NCBI GenBank assembly: GCA_044229265.1
Contig: JBGATK010000005.1
Location: 14,963-78,962, forward strand
Source: Minisyncoccia bacterium
Lineage (GTDB): Bacteria > Patescibacteriota > Minisyncoccia > Phycocordibacterales > UBA9973
Length of the DNA: 64,000 nt
Direction: 5' to 3'
Shown here: positions 38,394-48,100 of the stretch, piece by piece
Numbering within the stretch: the first letter of the stretch is position 1
How the letters are laid out: each line of letters starts with the position of its first letter
Program-made: the position numbers and the translations under genes
Notes under the pieces: generated by a model
What the model was told of the DNA's origin: nothing
The model's input: the letters and a program-made list of their open reading frames with translations, nothing else
Database searches by the model: none

Positions 38394-38458
38394 ATTCTTA
38401 AAAAACCACAGAAATGTGGTTTTTTAATTTATTTGACATATATGTTATAATGCAATAT

Positions 38459-39391
38459 ATGACATACGATTTAATAATTATTGGGGGCGGACCAGCTGGA
38501 GTATCAGCTAGTGTTTATGCTTCTCGCAAAAGATTAAATACCCTTTTTATAACTGCAGAATGGGGCGGGCAAAGTATAGTATCAGACACTATTTACAACT
38601 GGATAGGAACTCCTGCTATTTCTGGACATGAACTCGCAGAAAATTTCAAAAAACACGTCATGGTAAATTCAGGCGAAGGACAAACTCTAAAAGTCAAAGA
38701 AGGTAATAAAGTAAACAAAATAGAGAAAAAAGAAAATAATTTTTTAGTTTATACTGACGATGGCGAAAATTTTGAAACTAAAACTGTGCTCATAGCTACT
38801 GGATCAAATCGCCGTCAATTAAATGCTAAAAATGCAGATACTCTAGAACACAAGGGACTTACCTATTGTGCTTCTTGTGATGGGCCACTTTTTTCTGATA
38901 TGGATGTAGCTGTCATAGGTGGAGGTAATGCTGGTTTTGAAACAGCAGCTCAATTGCTCGCTTACTGTAAATCTGTAACCCTCATAAATAGGACAGACAC
39001 TTTTCGAGCTGATGAAATAACCGTAGAAAAAGTTTTAGCGAATCCAAAAATGTCAGTTATAAAAAATGCGGAAATTCTAGAAATTTTAGGCGATAAATTT
39101 GTATCAGGATTAAAATACAAAGACACACTCACTAATGAAGAAAAAGAATTATCTGTTTCAGGAATATTTGTAGAAATAGGACAAATACCAGCGACAAGTT
39201 TTGCAAAAGACTTAGTCGAGCTCGATGAACTGGGCCGAGTAAAAATCAACTATGCAAATCAACAAACAAGCACTCCTGGCGTTTGGGCTGCTGGCGATTG
39301 CACTAATATACTCTACCACCAGAACAATATAGCCTCTGGCGATGCTGTCCGCGCCCTAGAAGACATATATTTGTATATCCACACTAGATAA
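38459..39391 (+). CDS. trxB: Thioredoxin reductase / AhpF-like pyridine nucleotide-disulfide oxidoreductase
   Basis: GGGPAG, YCASCDG, GGGNAG, AAGD. Confidence 0.85.
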   Translation: MTYDLIIIGGGPAGVSASVYASRKRLNTLFITAEWGGQSIVSDTIYNWIGTPAISGHELAENFKKHVMVNSGEGQTLKVKEGNKVNKIEKKENNFLVYTDDGENFETKTVLIATGSNRRQLNAKNADTLEHKGLTYCASCDGPLFSDMDVAVIGGGNAGFETAAQLLAYCKSVTLINRTDTFRADEITVEKVLANPKMSVIKNAEILEILGDKFVSGLKYKDTLTNEEKELSVSGIFVEIGQIPATSFAKDLVELDELGRVKINYANQQTSTPGVWAAGDCTNILYHQNNIASGDAVRALEDIYLYIHTR

Positions 39392-39393
39392 TA

Positions 39394-39448
39394 TTGCCAA
39401 AAACACCCCTTTGTGGTAATTTAAACAACAGATTTAAATCTGTTGTTT
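39394..39448 (+). promoter_or_regulatory. Promoter TTGCCA-N17-TAATTT followed by a perfect 26-bp palindrome (candidate operator)
   Basis: AAACAACAGATTT|AAATCTGTTGTTT at 39423-39448. Confidence 0.55.
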
Positions 39449-39478
39449 TCATTTTTCACACAATTAAAAACTTAAGTT

Positions 39479-39799
39479 ATGAACAAAAAATCATCTCCTG
39501 CTTTTTCTGTAACAGGAACTAGCGACCAGGGTTTATTTGAAATTAAACCTGAAAAATTCTTCTCCATTTCCGGTTATGGAAAAGGTAAACACAAAGTTGT
39601 CTTGATTGGGGAGGTAAAAAGAGGCGTAGTTCAAAATGACAACACCATTGCATTAAGTAATGGGAAAAAAATCTTGACAGCTAGAGTAGTCCGGATTGAA
39701 ATGAACAATCAAAAACTTCAAGAAGCCGTGCCGGGAGAAAGTATAGGTATTCAGCTTTCTGGAGTAAGAATCCAAGAGTTAAGGGAGTTGACTGCTTAA
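39479..39799 (+). CDS. Stand-alone EF-Tu domain II-like protein
   Basis: FSISG...VVLIGEVKRG...RVVRIEM...LQEAVPGESIGIQLSGV resembles the EF-Tu domain 2 beta-barrel. Confidence 0.7.
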   Translation: MNKKSSPAFSVTGTSDQGLFEIKPEKFFSISGYGKGKHKVVLIGEVKRGVVQNDNTIALSNGKKILTARVVRIEMNNQKLQEAVPGESIGIQLSGVRIQELRELTA

Positions 39800-39843
39800 G
39801 AGTCTAAAAATTAAAAATAGCGGATACAAATTATTTGTTTCCG

Positions 39844-40065
39844 CTATTTCTTTTTGTCTTTTTTATGATGTGGATGGTGAATAATAATGAGAGCTAAGCC
39901 GCTCAAAATCATAATACCTATACCTGTCAATGCATCTTTTTCCCAATCCCCTTTCTTGATGCAGGTCATTAGAAGCCATACTAAACTTCCTAAAAATAAT
40001 AATTCATAAATATAAGCCAAAATACGGTAGCCTATATGATGTTTTGGTTCATCCTCCCTCTCCAT
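39844..40065 (-). CDS. Small two-TM membrane protein
   Basis: Two hydrophobic segments, His/Lys-rich tail. Confidence 0.55.
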   Translation of the reverse strand: MEREDEPKHHIGYRILAYIYELLFLGSLVWLLMTCIKKGDWEKDALTGIGIMILSGLALIIIHHPHHKKDKKK

Positions 40066-40193
40066 AATTTTGGTTTTGAATTAAAAAATAAAAAGCTATG
40101 TCGGAATACATACTACCATTTTTATGAATTATTTCAATTTTAAAATTTTGTGTTTATTTTTCTTTGTGTTATAATCTTTTTTGTATAAATAAT

Positions 40194-40265
40194 GGCCTCA
40201 TCGTCTAGTGGTTAGGACAGCGGGTTTTCAATCCGTTAACGGGAGTTCAATTCTCCCTGAGGTCA
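40194..40265 (+). tRNA. tRNA-Glu(TTC)
   Basis: GGCCTCA/TGAGGTC acceptor; GCGGG-TTTTCAA-TCCGT anticodon arm; GGGAG-TTCAATT-CTCCC T arm. Confidence 0.95.
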
Positions 40266-40278
40266 CAAATACAAAAAA

Positions 40279-40638
40279 ATGAACAAAAAGAAAAACGGTA
40301 GTCCGGATTTGGATAAAAAAATCAAAAATTATTTAATAGACATAGATGGCACAATTTGCGAAGATATTCCAAACGAAGAGGCGTATCGAATGCCAAAAGC
40401 CAAGGAACTTCTAGGGGCGAAAAACTGGGTAAATAATTTGTATAAAAAAGGTCACATTATCACCTTTTTTACTTCTCGCACAGACGCGCACAAAAAAGCC
40501 ACAATAGGATGGCTGAAAGAACATGGTTTTAAATACCACACCATTATTTTCAACAAACCTCGTGGTGGAAACTATATTTGGCTAGACGACAAAAAAACTA
40601 AAACCATACTTTTTAAAGGCAAATTTCCAAAAATTTAA
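40279..40638 (+). CDS. Small HAD-superfamily phosphatase (cap-less)
   Basis: DIDGT motif I, FFTSR motif II, KPRGG..IWLDDK motifs III/IV. Confidence 0.85.
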   Translation: MNKKKNGSPDLDKKIKNYLIDIDGTICEDIPNEEAYRMPKAKELLGAKNWVNNLYKKGHIITFFTSRTDAHKKATIGWLKEHGFKYHTIIFNKPRGGNYIWLDDKKTKTILFKGKFPKI

Positions 40639-40693
40639 ATAAAAAGTCAAAGTCCTTTTAATTTAGCACAAAAATGCTATAATCTTCCCTATT

Positions 40694-41443
40694 ATGACAA
40701 GCAATGTGCAAATTATAATATTGGCAGCTGGCAAAGGAACACGAATGGAAACCGATAACCCAAAAGCCCTAACTCTACTCTCTGGTAAGACTTTTTTAGC
40801 GCATGTGCTCGACACTGTAGCCAAACTTAATTTACCGTTAAAACCCATAATCGTAGTTGGCTATCAAAAAGAAAAAATAATAGAAACTTTGGGTAATGTG
40901 TATCATTTTGCAGAACAAAAAGAACAGCTTGGTACAGGTCATGCAGTACTTGTGGCAAAAGAAAAAGCTGAAAGTGATCATGACGTAGTAGTGGTTCTTT
41001 ATGCGGATCACCCGCTCATAAGCTCACAAACTATTTTAAATATGATAAAAAAACAAAAAGAAACTGGAGCGCCAGTAGTCATGGCACCAACCATTATTCC
41101 AAATTATGAAAATTGGTATTCATCATTTATAAAATGGGGACGAATAAAAAGAGATAGTGCTGGAAAAATCTCTGGAATTGTAGAATACAAAGACGCAAAT
41201 GATGAAGAAAAAAATATTACAGAAATTACTCCAGGGTATTTTGCTTTTGATGCAAAGTGGATGTGGGAGAATTTGAAAAAACTAGACAACAATAATGCGC
41301 AAAATGAATATTATCTAACCTATCTTGTAAATATTGCCCTTGCAGAAAATAAAATTGTAGAAAGTATTCAAATCCCTCCCGAAGAAGCCATCGGGGCGAA
41401 TTCAAAAGAAGAATTAGAAATTCTTGAAAAACTCATAAAATAA
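40694..41443 (+). CDS. GlmU-like nucleotidyltransferase (uridyltransferase domain only)
   Basis: LAAGKGTRM..PK, QKEQLGTGHAV, IVEYKDA, NAQNEYYLT; no hexapeptide acetyltransferase domain. Confidence 0.88.
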   Translation: MTSNVQIIILAAGKGTRMETDNPKALTLLSGKTFLAHVLDTVAKLNLPLKPIIVVGYQKEKIIETLGNVYHFAEQKEQLGTGHAVLVAKEKAESDHDVVVVLYADHPLISSQTILNMIKKQKETGAPVVMAPTIIPNYENWYSSFIKWGRIKRDSAGKISGIVEYKDANDEEKNITEITPGYFAFDAKWMWENLKKLDNNNAQNEYYLTYLVNIALAENKIVESIQIPPEEAIGANSKEELEILEKLIK

Positions 41444-41517
41444 CTATTTTGCAAAAAACAAAGTGCAGAGTATAATAAATACTCATTAATATTAATCCGC
41501 TTTGCGGGAATAAACAT

Positions 41518-42747
41518 ATGCACAATCCATTTGAGAATGCCATGGCTCAGCTAGACAAAGTAGCTAAAATAAAAGACTTTGGTAGTGAATTTATAAACCA
41601 ACTACGTGCTCCAAACCGCGACATACGGATTTCTATCCCTGTAAAAATGGACGATGGCACTCAAAGGATTTTTGAAGGCTACAGAGTGGAATATAATGAC
41701 GCTCTTGGACCTTACAAGGGTGGCATTCGTTATCACTCTCTAACTGAAATCAACGAAGTCAAAGCTCTTGCTTTTTGGATGGCTATCAAATGTGCTGTAG
41801 CTGGCATACCTATGGGTGGAGGCAAAGGTGGCATTACTGTTGACCCGAAAGATTTATCCAAAGCTGAACTAGAAAGACTTTCTCGTGGCTGGGTAAAAAG
41901 ACTTTATGAAATACTTGGGCCACATAAAGATGTGCCTGCGCCGGATGTGAATACTACTGGTGAGATAATGAACTGGATGAATGATGAATACATGAAGCTC
42001 TCTGGCGAAAAAACTCTCGCTACTTTTACTGGCAAACCCCTTAGCTCTGGTGGATCAGAAGGCCGTGAGAGTGCTACAGGCCTCGGAGGATACTATGTTT
42101 TTAAAGCTCTGCAAGAAAAACTAGGCTTACCAGAAAAATGCTCTGTAGTTATACAAGGCTTTGGCAATGTAGGCTCTTTTGCCATGAAAAGCTTTGTAAA
42201 TGGAGGACATAAAGTCATGGCTATCTCAGACTCTAAAGGTGGAGTTTACAGTGAAGCTGGGCTTGATTTTGAGGCTTTGGTGGCACACAAAAAGGCTACA
42301 GGGTCGCTCGCAGACTATCCTGGTGCAAAAAATGTAAGTAATGAAGAACTGCTCGAAATACAGTGCGATGTGCTCGTGCCAGCAGCTTTTGAAAATCAAA
42401 TTACAGATAAAAATGCAAATAATATAAAAGCTAAAGTAGTGCTAGAACTTGCAAATGGTCCAACCACACCAGAGGCTGATGAAATACTATCTGGTAAGGG
42501 TATCGCTGTGATTCCTGATGTGCTCGCGAATTCTGGTGGAGTAACTGTCTCGTATTTCGAATGGGATCAAAATTTAAAAAATGAAAAATGGAATGAAGCT
42601 GATGTAAATATCAAGCTAGACGAAATCCTAAAAGATTCTGCAAGTAAAATTTTTGATATTTCAAAAGAACACAATACTACCCTGCGCAACAGCGCTTTTA
42701 TACTAGCCCTCGACAGAATTAAAGCAAAAACCCCGACGCATTTATAA
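41518..42747 (+). CDS. gdhA: Glu/Leu/Phe/Val dehydrogenase (glutamate dehydrogenase)
   Basis: GPYKGGIRY, GGGKGG, DVPAPDV, QGFGNVG, ANSGGVTVSYFEW. Confidence 0.93.
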   Translation: MHNPFENAMAQLDKVAKIKDFGSEFINQLRAPNRDIRISIPVKMDDGTQRIFEGYRVEYNDALGPYKGGIRYHSLTEINEVKALAFWMAIKCAVAGIPMGGGKGGITVDPKDLSKAELERLSRGWVKRLYEILGPHKDVPAPDVNTTGEIMNWMNDEYMKLSGEKTLATFTGKPLSSGGSEGRESATGLGGYYVFKALQEKLGLPEKCSVVIQGFGNVGSFAMKSFVNGGHKVMAISDSKGGVYSEAGLDFEALVAHKKATGSLADYPGAKNVSNEELLEIQCDVLVPAAFENQITDKNANNIKAKVVLELANGPTTPEADEILSGKGIAVIPDVLANSGGVTVSYFEWDQNLKNEKWNEADVNIKLDEILKDSASKIFDISKEHNTTLRNSAFILALDRIKAKTPTHL

Positions 42748-42779
42748 AAATGGTCGGGGAGCCGACTTAAACGTCGGCT
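42731..42779. repeat. CCCGAC/GTCGGG double-hairpin repeat, copy 1
   Basis: CCCCGAC-N15-GTCGGGG AGCCGAC-N6-GTCGGCT; overlaps the gdhA stop codon. Confidence 0.85.
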
Positions 42780-42788
42780 TGTAATATA

Positions 42789-43049
42789 ATGCCGTGTGTT
42801 TATATATTAAAAAATAAAAATGGAAACTTTTATATAGGTAGCACTATCAATTTAGAAGTTCGTATAAAGCAACACTTATCAGATTATTGTAAAACAACAA
42901 AAAGATTGGGTGCCTACGAGCTGGTATTTCATCAAAATTATGAAAATATAAAAGATGCTAGAAGAATTGAATATAAATTAAAACAATTGAAAAGAAAGGA
43001 TTATATTGCTAATATAATAAAAGATGGTTTTATTAAGATAAAACCATAG
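42789..43049 (+). CDS. Stand-alone GIY-YIG nuclease
   Basis: VYIL..., FYIGST, R..QH, A..IE..LK motifs. Confidence 0.92.
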   Translation: MPCVYILKNKNGNFYIGSTINLEVRIKQHLSDYCKTTKRLGAYELVFHQNYENIKDARRIEYKLKQLKRKDYIANIIKDGFIKIKP

Positions 43050-43052
43050 TTT

Positions 43053-43125
43053 GGGCGGTTAGCTCAGTTGGTAGAGCGCAATATTGACGTTATTGATGTC
43101 AGAGGTTCGAATCCTCTACCGCCCA
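43053..43125 (+). tRNA. tRNA-Val(GAC)
   Basis: GGGCGGT/ACCGCCC acceptor; CAATA-TTGACGT-TATTG anticodon arm; AGAGG-TTCGAAT-CCTCT T arm. Confidence 0.95.
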
Positions 43126-43197
43126 CTAGAATTGTAATTAGCGGTTTATTCAAAACAAATAGCTTATCGCACACAGAAAATATGCTACTATAAGGAT

Positions 43198-44025
43198 ATG
43201 CAAAATATTCACTTTTTGAATGGGAAATTTGTTAGTGAGGAGGAACTCCTTATCTCCCCTCGAGATTTGGGTTATACGCGTGGTTATGCTGTATTTGATT
43301 TCTTGCGTACTTACAATGGCAAACCATTTCACCTAAGTGAACATATAGAACGACTTTTAAATTCAGCAAAGCTTATTGATCTAAAAATTCCTTATACAAA
43401 AGAAGAAATAGAAAAAATAGTTTTAGAAACTTTAAATAAAAATAATAAAGACACAGAAAAAGCTATTAAAATCATAGCTTCAGGTGGCATTTCGAGCAAA
43501 ATGACTCAAATAGGTTCCCCTACTTTTATGATTTGGATTGATGACATGCCACCTGTGCCACAAGAGTACTATGAAAATGGCATAGGCATAATTACAGTCA
43601 AATACAAAAGATACATGCCAGAAGCTAAAACGAATAATTATATAGAAGGAGTAAAACAAACCCAAATAGCAGAAAGTGTGGGTGCACTCGAGCCGGTGTA
43701 TTTTGACGACGATGGTTTATATGAAAGCTCAAATAGTAATCTTTTTATAATTAAAAATGGCAAAATCTATACTCAAAAAGAAAATATGCTAATTGGTATC
43801 ACTAGGAAAGTTTTAATAGAAATTCTAAAACCTGAATTTATAGTCGAAGAAAAAAATCTAAAAATAGAAGATTTGCTCGGAGCTGATGAAGCATTTTTGA
43901 CAGGCAGTGCCAAAGAGATTTTGCCGATAGTCAAAATAGATGGCAAAATTTTTAGCCTAGGCGTGGTTGGTGAAAATACTAAAAAAATCTTAGAAATATG
44001 GAAGAAATATACAAATAAATATTAA
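43198..44025 (+). CDS. PLP-dependent class IV aminotransferase (branched-chain / D-amino acid type)
   Basis: DLGY.RGYAVFD.LRTY, HIERL, AKTNNY, LIGITR, ADEAFLTGS. Confidence 0.9.
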   Translation: MQNIHFLNGKFVSEEELLISPRDLGYTRGYAVFDFLRTYNGKPFHLSEHIERLLNSAKLIDLKIPYTKEEIEKIVLETLNKNNKDTEKAIKIIASGGISSKMTQIGSPTFMIWIDDMPPVPQEYYENGIGIITVKYKRYMPEAKTNNYIEGVKQTQIAESVGALEPVYFDDDGLYESSNSNLFIIKNGKIYTQKENMLIGITRKVLIEILKPEFIVEEKNLKIEDLLGADEAFLTGSAKEILPIVKIDGKIFSLGVVGENTKKILEIWKKYTNKY

Positions 44026-45167
44026 CTTTCATTAGACAAAGAGTCGTACTTCTTTTCCAATTTACTCTCCCAAAATGATGTTTTAGATCCATTTTTGCGG
44101 GCATCTTGTTCTATGAAAAGAGCATCTTTGTGATCTAACAAATTTATTACCTTAAAACCACCTATCTGAAAATCTGGATGATAAAATTTAATATTTATTT
44201 TCTTTATATTTTTCTCTTGAGTTAATTTTAAAACTTCTTGCATTAAAGAATCATATTCTTCTCTTGAAGATACATCGTTATCTGGTTCATCGGTAATAAG
44301 TAAAATTTCATTATCACTACTGTCTTGTTTTTCTAATTTTGATAATACATGAATCAAAGTACGCAAATGAGCCTCCTGGTTTCCGCCTTCTAAATTTACG
44401 ACTTCAATATTTTTATTGTATGTTTTGTTAATTTCCTGCACTGATTTAATTGCCTCCCCTGCTTCCCCTGCCATAGATTTCGAATGATCTACAATAACTC
44501 TAACTACATTCTTATAAAGGTCTGGAATTTTTTTTATATTATCGGGTTCTATTTCTAAAATCTTTTTTAAAGAAATATCGATACCTTGAGTTCTATCTTT
44601 TAATATTTCTTTCATTTCTTCACTCATATCTTGAATTTGTTCCTCTGTAAAACCCAAATCCAATATGGATTTCTCTAAAGATGAAGATTCTATTTTAATC
44701 TTCTCTATTTCCTCAGGCGAAAAACGTTCAGCTAAAACTTCATTTACCATTTCCAAACCTAATTCCTTTCTTGCTTCACGCAATTCATTATTTTTAGGTG
44801 TAGGCCTTTCTTTAGAACAAAGACCGGTTATGGTTATAATATTTTTTTCAAAATTTACATTTTTTAAGAATTCTCGAATAGCATTCTTGGCATTTTCTCT
44901 AGCATTTGAATCAAAAAATTCCGTAGTGCCTGTTTTGCAAAATTTAGCTATATTCAGACTATCTGAAAATTCTATTTTTTTATTGATATCATAAGTCTCA
45001 GAATCTGATATCTTTGTTTTTTCATTTTTTATTTCAATCTTATTAGGATCTAGTGATTTAGAATCAGAAGCTTTTGTTTCTGTGGCTACACCTAAAGAAC
45101 CAAGCATAGCTGTTCCAACAAGCACCTCTTTTGCATTTTTTCTAAAATTTTTAAAAATATTTTCCAT
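44022..45167 (-). CDS. Exported protein with C-terminal vWA-like domain
   Basis: N-terminal hydrophobic segment; VIVDHSKSM (DxSxS MIDAS) and ILLITDE. Confidence 0.6.
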   Translation of the reverse strand: MENIFKNFRKNAKEVLVGTAMLGSLGVATETKASDSKSLDPNKIEIKNEKTKISDSETYDINKKIEFSDSLNIAKFCKTGTTEFFDSNARENAKNAIREFLKNVNFEKNIITITGLCSKERPTPKNNELREARKELGLEMVNEVLAERFSPEEIEKIKIESSSLEKSILDLGFTEEQIQDMSEEMKEILKDRTQGIDISLKKILEIEPDNIKKIPDLYKNVVRVIVDHSKSMAGEAGEAIKSVQEINKTYNKNIEVVNLEGGNQEAHLRTLIHVLSKLEKQDSSDNEILLITDEPDNDVSSREEYDSLMQEVLKLTQEKNIKKINIKFYHPDFQIGGFKVINLLDHKDALFIEQDARKNGSKTSFWESKLEKKYDSLSNES

Positions 45168-45181
45168 TAAATCAAAAATAA

Positions 45182-48100
45182 TTAAACCTTAAAATCTTTC
45201 TTTAGATAACCCTTAGTAATTTGAATTCCTTCTTCACTATGGACTTTGGTATAAGAACCGTCAGCATTTTTTTGCTCTATAGAAATATTGTAATTACCAT
45301 TTGGAGCCAAACAGAAATAATTGCCGAGGCGATCGATAATTTTATGAGTAATTTCTGTACCACTTTGCTTAGAGAATACACGTAAAATTCCATAAGCTAT
45401 AGGAGCGCCAATTTTAAACATAGCTTTGCCTTTAGCATTATTACCAAACTCTGTATGATTAAAAGCAAATAATATACCGTAAAGTGCAAATATGATTACA
45501 TTGTAATCTTTAATTTGACTACCGAGCAAAGTGATACCAGAAACAATAAAACCTACTAAAAAGAATATATCTACTATTTGCCCTACTGCTTTATCACTAC
45601 GCTTATACCAACGCAAACGATGTTGTTCTAATTTTGCATATTCATTCCAATCAAAACCTATTCTATCCATAGGAATATTTTTACTAATCACTTCTCCGAA
45701 TTCTTTTATTTCAATATAATTTCCATAATAAAGATCAGTATAAACTTCGTCTCTATCTCTACTATTTAATTTACTTGATGGGAAAACATAATGGGTTTTT
45801 TCAGCAATAATATGATAATGACCTGGCTCTACTAAAAATCCATACCTACCATCTATATCTGTAAAACAAGTTGCTAAAGTTTTCTTTTCTATGTCTACAA
45901 GTTTTAAATACACAGGATCGAGAGGTTGTTTGGTTTGTGAATCAAACACTACGCCCCATGGCTTGTGGCGTTTTTTAATACCAAAACCATAGAGGAACAT
46001 GGACCATGCTCGCATAGCGAGGTCTGTAATTCCAAGTGGATTTGTAAATACAAGTCGCACAAGATTCAGCGCAATAGTAGAAGCAGCTCCTAAAATAACT
46101 AAGGTTTTGGTAATTGCACTACCTAATATATCAGAAATTATTTCAAAAATTCCTTTTCCTGTATTTACACCAGAATTTTCATTTTGGTTTTCGCTACTAG
46201 GATTATTATTAGGATTTTGATTTGGATTATTGCCTGACGGAATATTTGGATTATTTGGTGGCGTATTTGGATTACTTGGATTATTACCTGATCCGCCATT
46301 TGGGGTAGTTGGATTATTATTTGGAGTTGTCGGAGTATTTGGAACAGATGGATTGCCACTTGGTGTATTTGGAGGATTTGTTGGTGGTGTAGGTATTGGA
46401 TTATCTGGAGTATTTGGTGGTATATTTGGATTTGAAGTATCACTATCTGTGGTTGAGACAGAAAAAATTACATCTGCTACACCATCATAACTAGTAGCCG
46501 AAAGTTCATCTATAACAGAAATAATAATATTATAACTTTGATTTCCATCAACCACTCCATCTGAAATACCAGTCAAAGTTATAGTTTGTGGTGTATTCCA
46601 ATTATTATTACTAAAAGTAATAGTTGCCGGCGAAACAGTGCCTTCATTTGTATTGCTAGAAGTAATAGATAAAACTACATCACTAGTGATATTTGATTTT
46701 AGCGATATGGTAAAAGTATCTGTGGTATTTTCAGAAACCATAGTTCCACCCTCTGTATGAACTACATTTATTCCTGGTTGCTGTCCACCGCCTCCACCCC
46801 CACCACCTCCTCCACCAACAGTTTCAGATACATCAAAAACCATAATACGATGATGTCCTGCATCAGCTTCATACAAATAATCATGAACACTATCATATCT
46901 AAGACCATTTGGATTACCTATACCAGATTGAGAAAGAGTAGGACTACCTGTTGTAAAATTTCCTTTACCTAAAACTTTTACCGCATTTTCTCCGTCAATA
47001 ATAGTAGATACATCAAAAGTTAAAACACGGTGATTAGCAACATCGGAAACAAAAAGTGTGTTATCCGAGCTACGCAGAGCAAGACCAAAAGGAAGATTAA
47101 ATTTCGATTGAGTAAGGCCGCTACTTCCAGTAGTAAAATTACTTTGTCCTAAGACATTTACAGCATTTTCGCCGTCAGTTATTGTAGCTACATCAAAGAC
47201 CATGACTCTATGATTATTACCATCAGCTACATAAAGTTTGTGATTAGTATTATCATACAAAACACCAAAAGTTGTATTGAATTTTGCTACTGTATTTCCT
47301 GTAGTTCTAGTAGTAAAATTGTTTTGTCCAATAACATTCACCGCGTTTTCGCCATCAGTGATAGTAGCTACATCAAAAGTTAAAACACGATGATTGTAAG
47401 TATCAGAAACGAAAAGTCTATTATTGGTAGAATCAAAAGATAAACCGTAAGGATAATACATCCTGGATTGAGTTACACCATTTAATGCATTTGTGAAATT
47501 GGGTTGCCCTAAAACATTTACTGCATTTTCACCGTTTACAATAGTAGTAGTATCAAAAACCATTACACGAGAATTTGTGGTATCAGAAACAAAAAGCCTA
47601 TTATTTACATCATCAAAAGCAAGCATAGTCGGATGATTTAATCCGGACTGTGTTGTAGTAGTTTCCCTTGAATTAAAATTAGGCTGACCTAAAACATAGT
47701 CTGGGATACGGTCCATCAGCAGATCATCAGAAGTTAAATTGTAAACTAACACTCTATGATTCCCATTATCTACCACGAATAAACGGTGATTGGTGTGGTC
47801 CATTGCAATATCTACAGGCTGATCGAGTCCTATTGCATTCGGCGTATCTGTAGATGAAAAATAAAACGGAACAGGATCAGTGAAATTGGTGCCATCGTAT
47901 TTACCAATCAAATCAACAGCGTTTTCACCGTTTGTAATAGTAGTTGTATCAAATATCATTATGCGATTATTATTATAATCACCTACGAACAAATAATCAT
48001 TAACTTCATCAAAAGCTAAGCTTTGAGGTGAAATTAATTTAGATTGACTAGTGTTGCCAGTTGAAGTTGTAAAATCTGTTTGACCTAGAACTTTTACTGC

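Noticed and set aside
41496-41510. Mini-hairpins TCCGC-ttt-GCGG upstream of gdhA and CTGCC-caa-GGCAG near 56430
   Set aside because: Arms of 5 bp or less and single copies; cannot be distinguished from chance
46165-46490. Low-complexity Q/I-rich and G/L-rich ORFs
   Set aside because: Alternative frames of the Pro/Asn-rich stalk of the NHL protein
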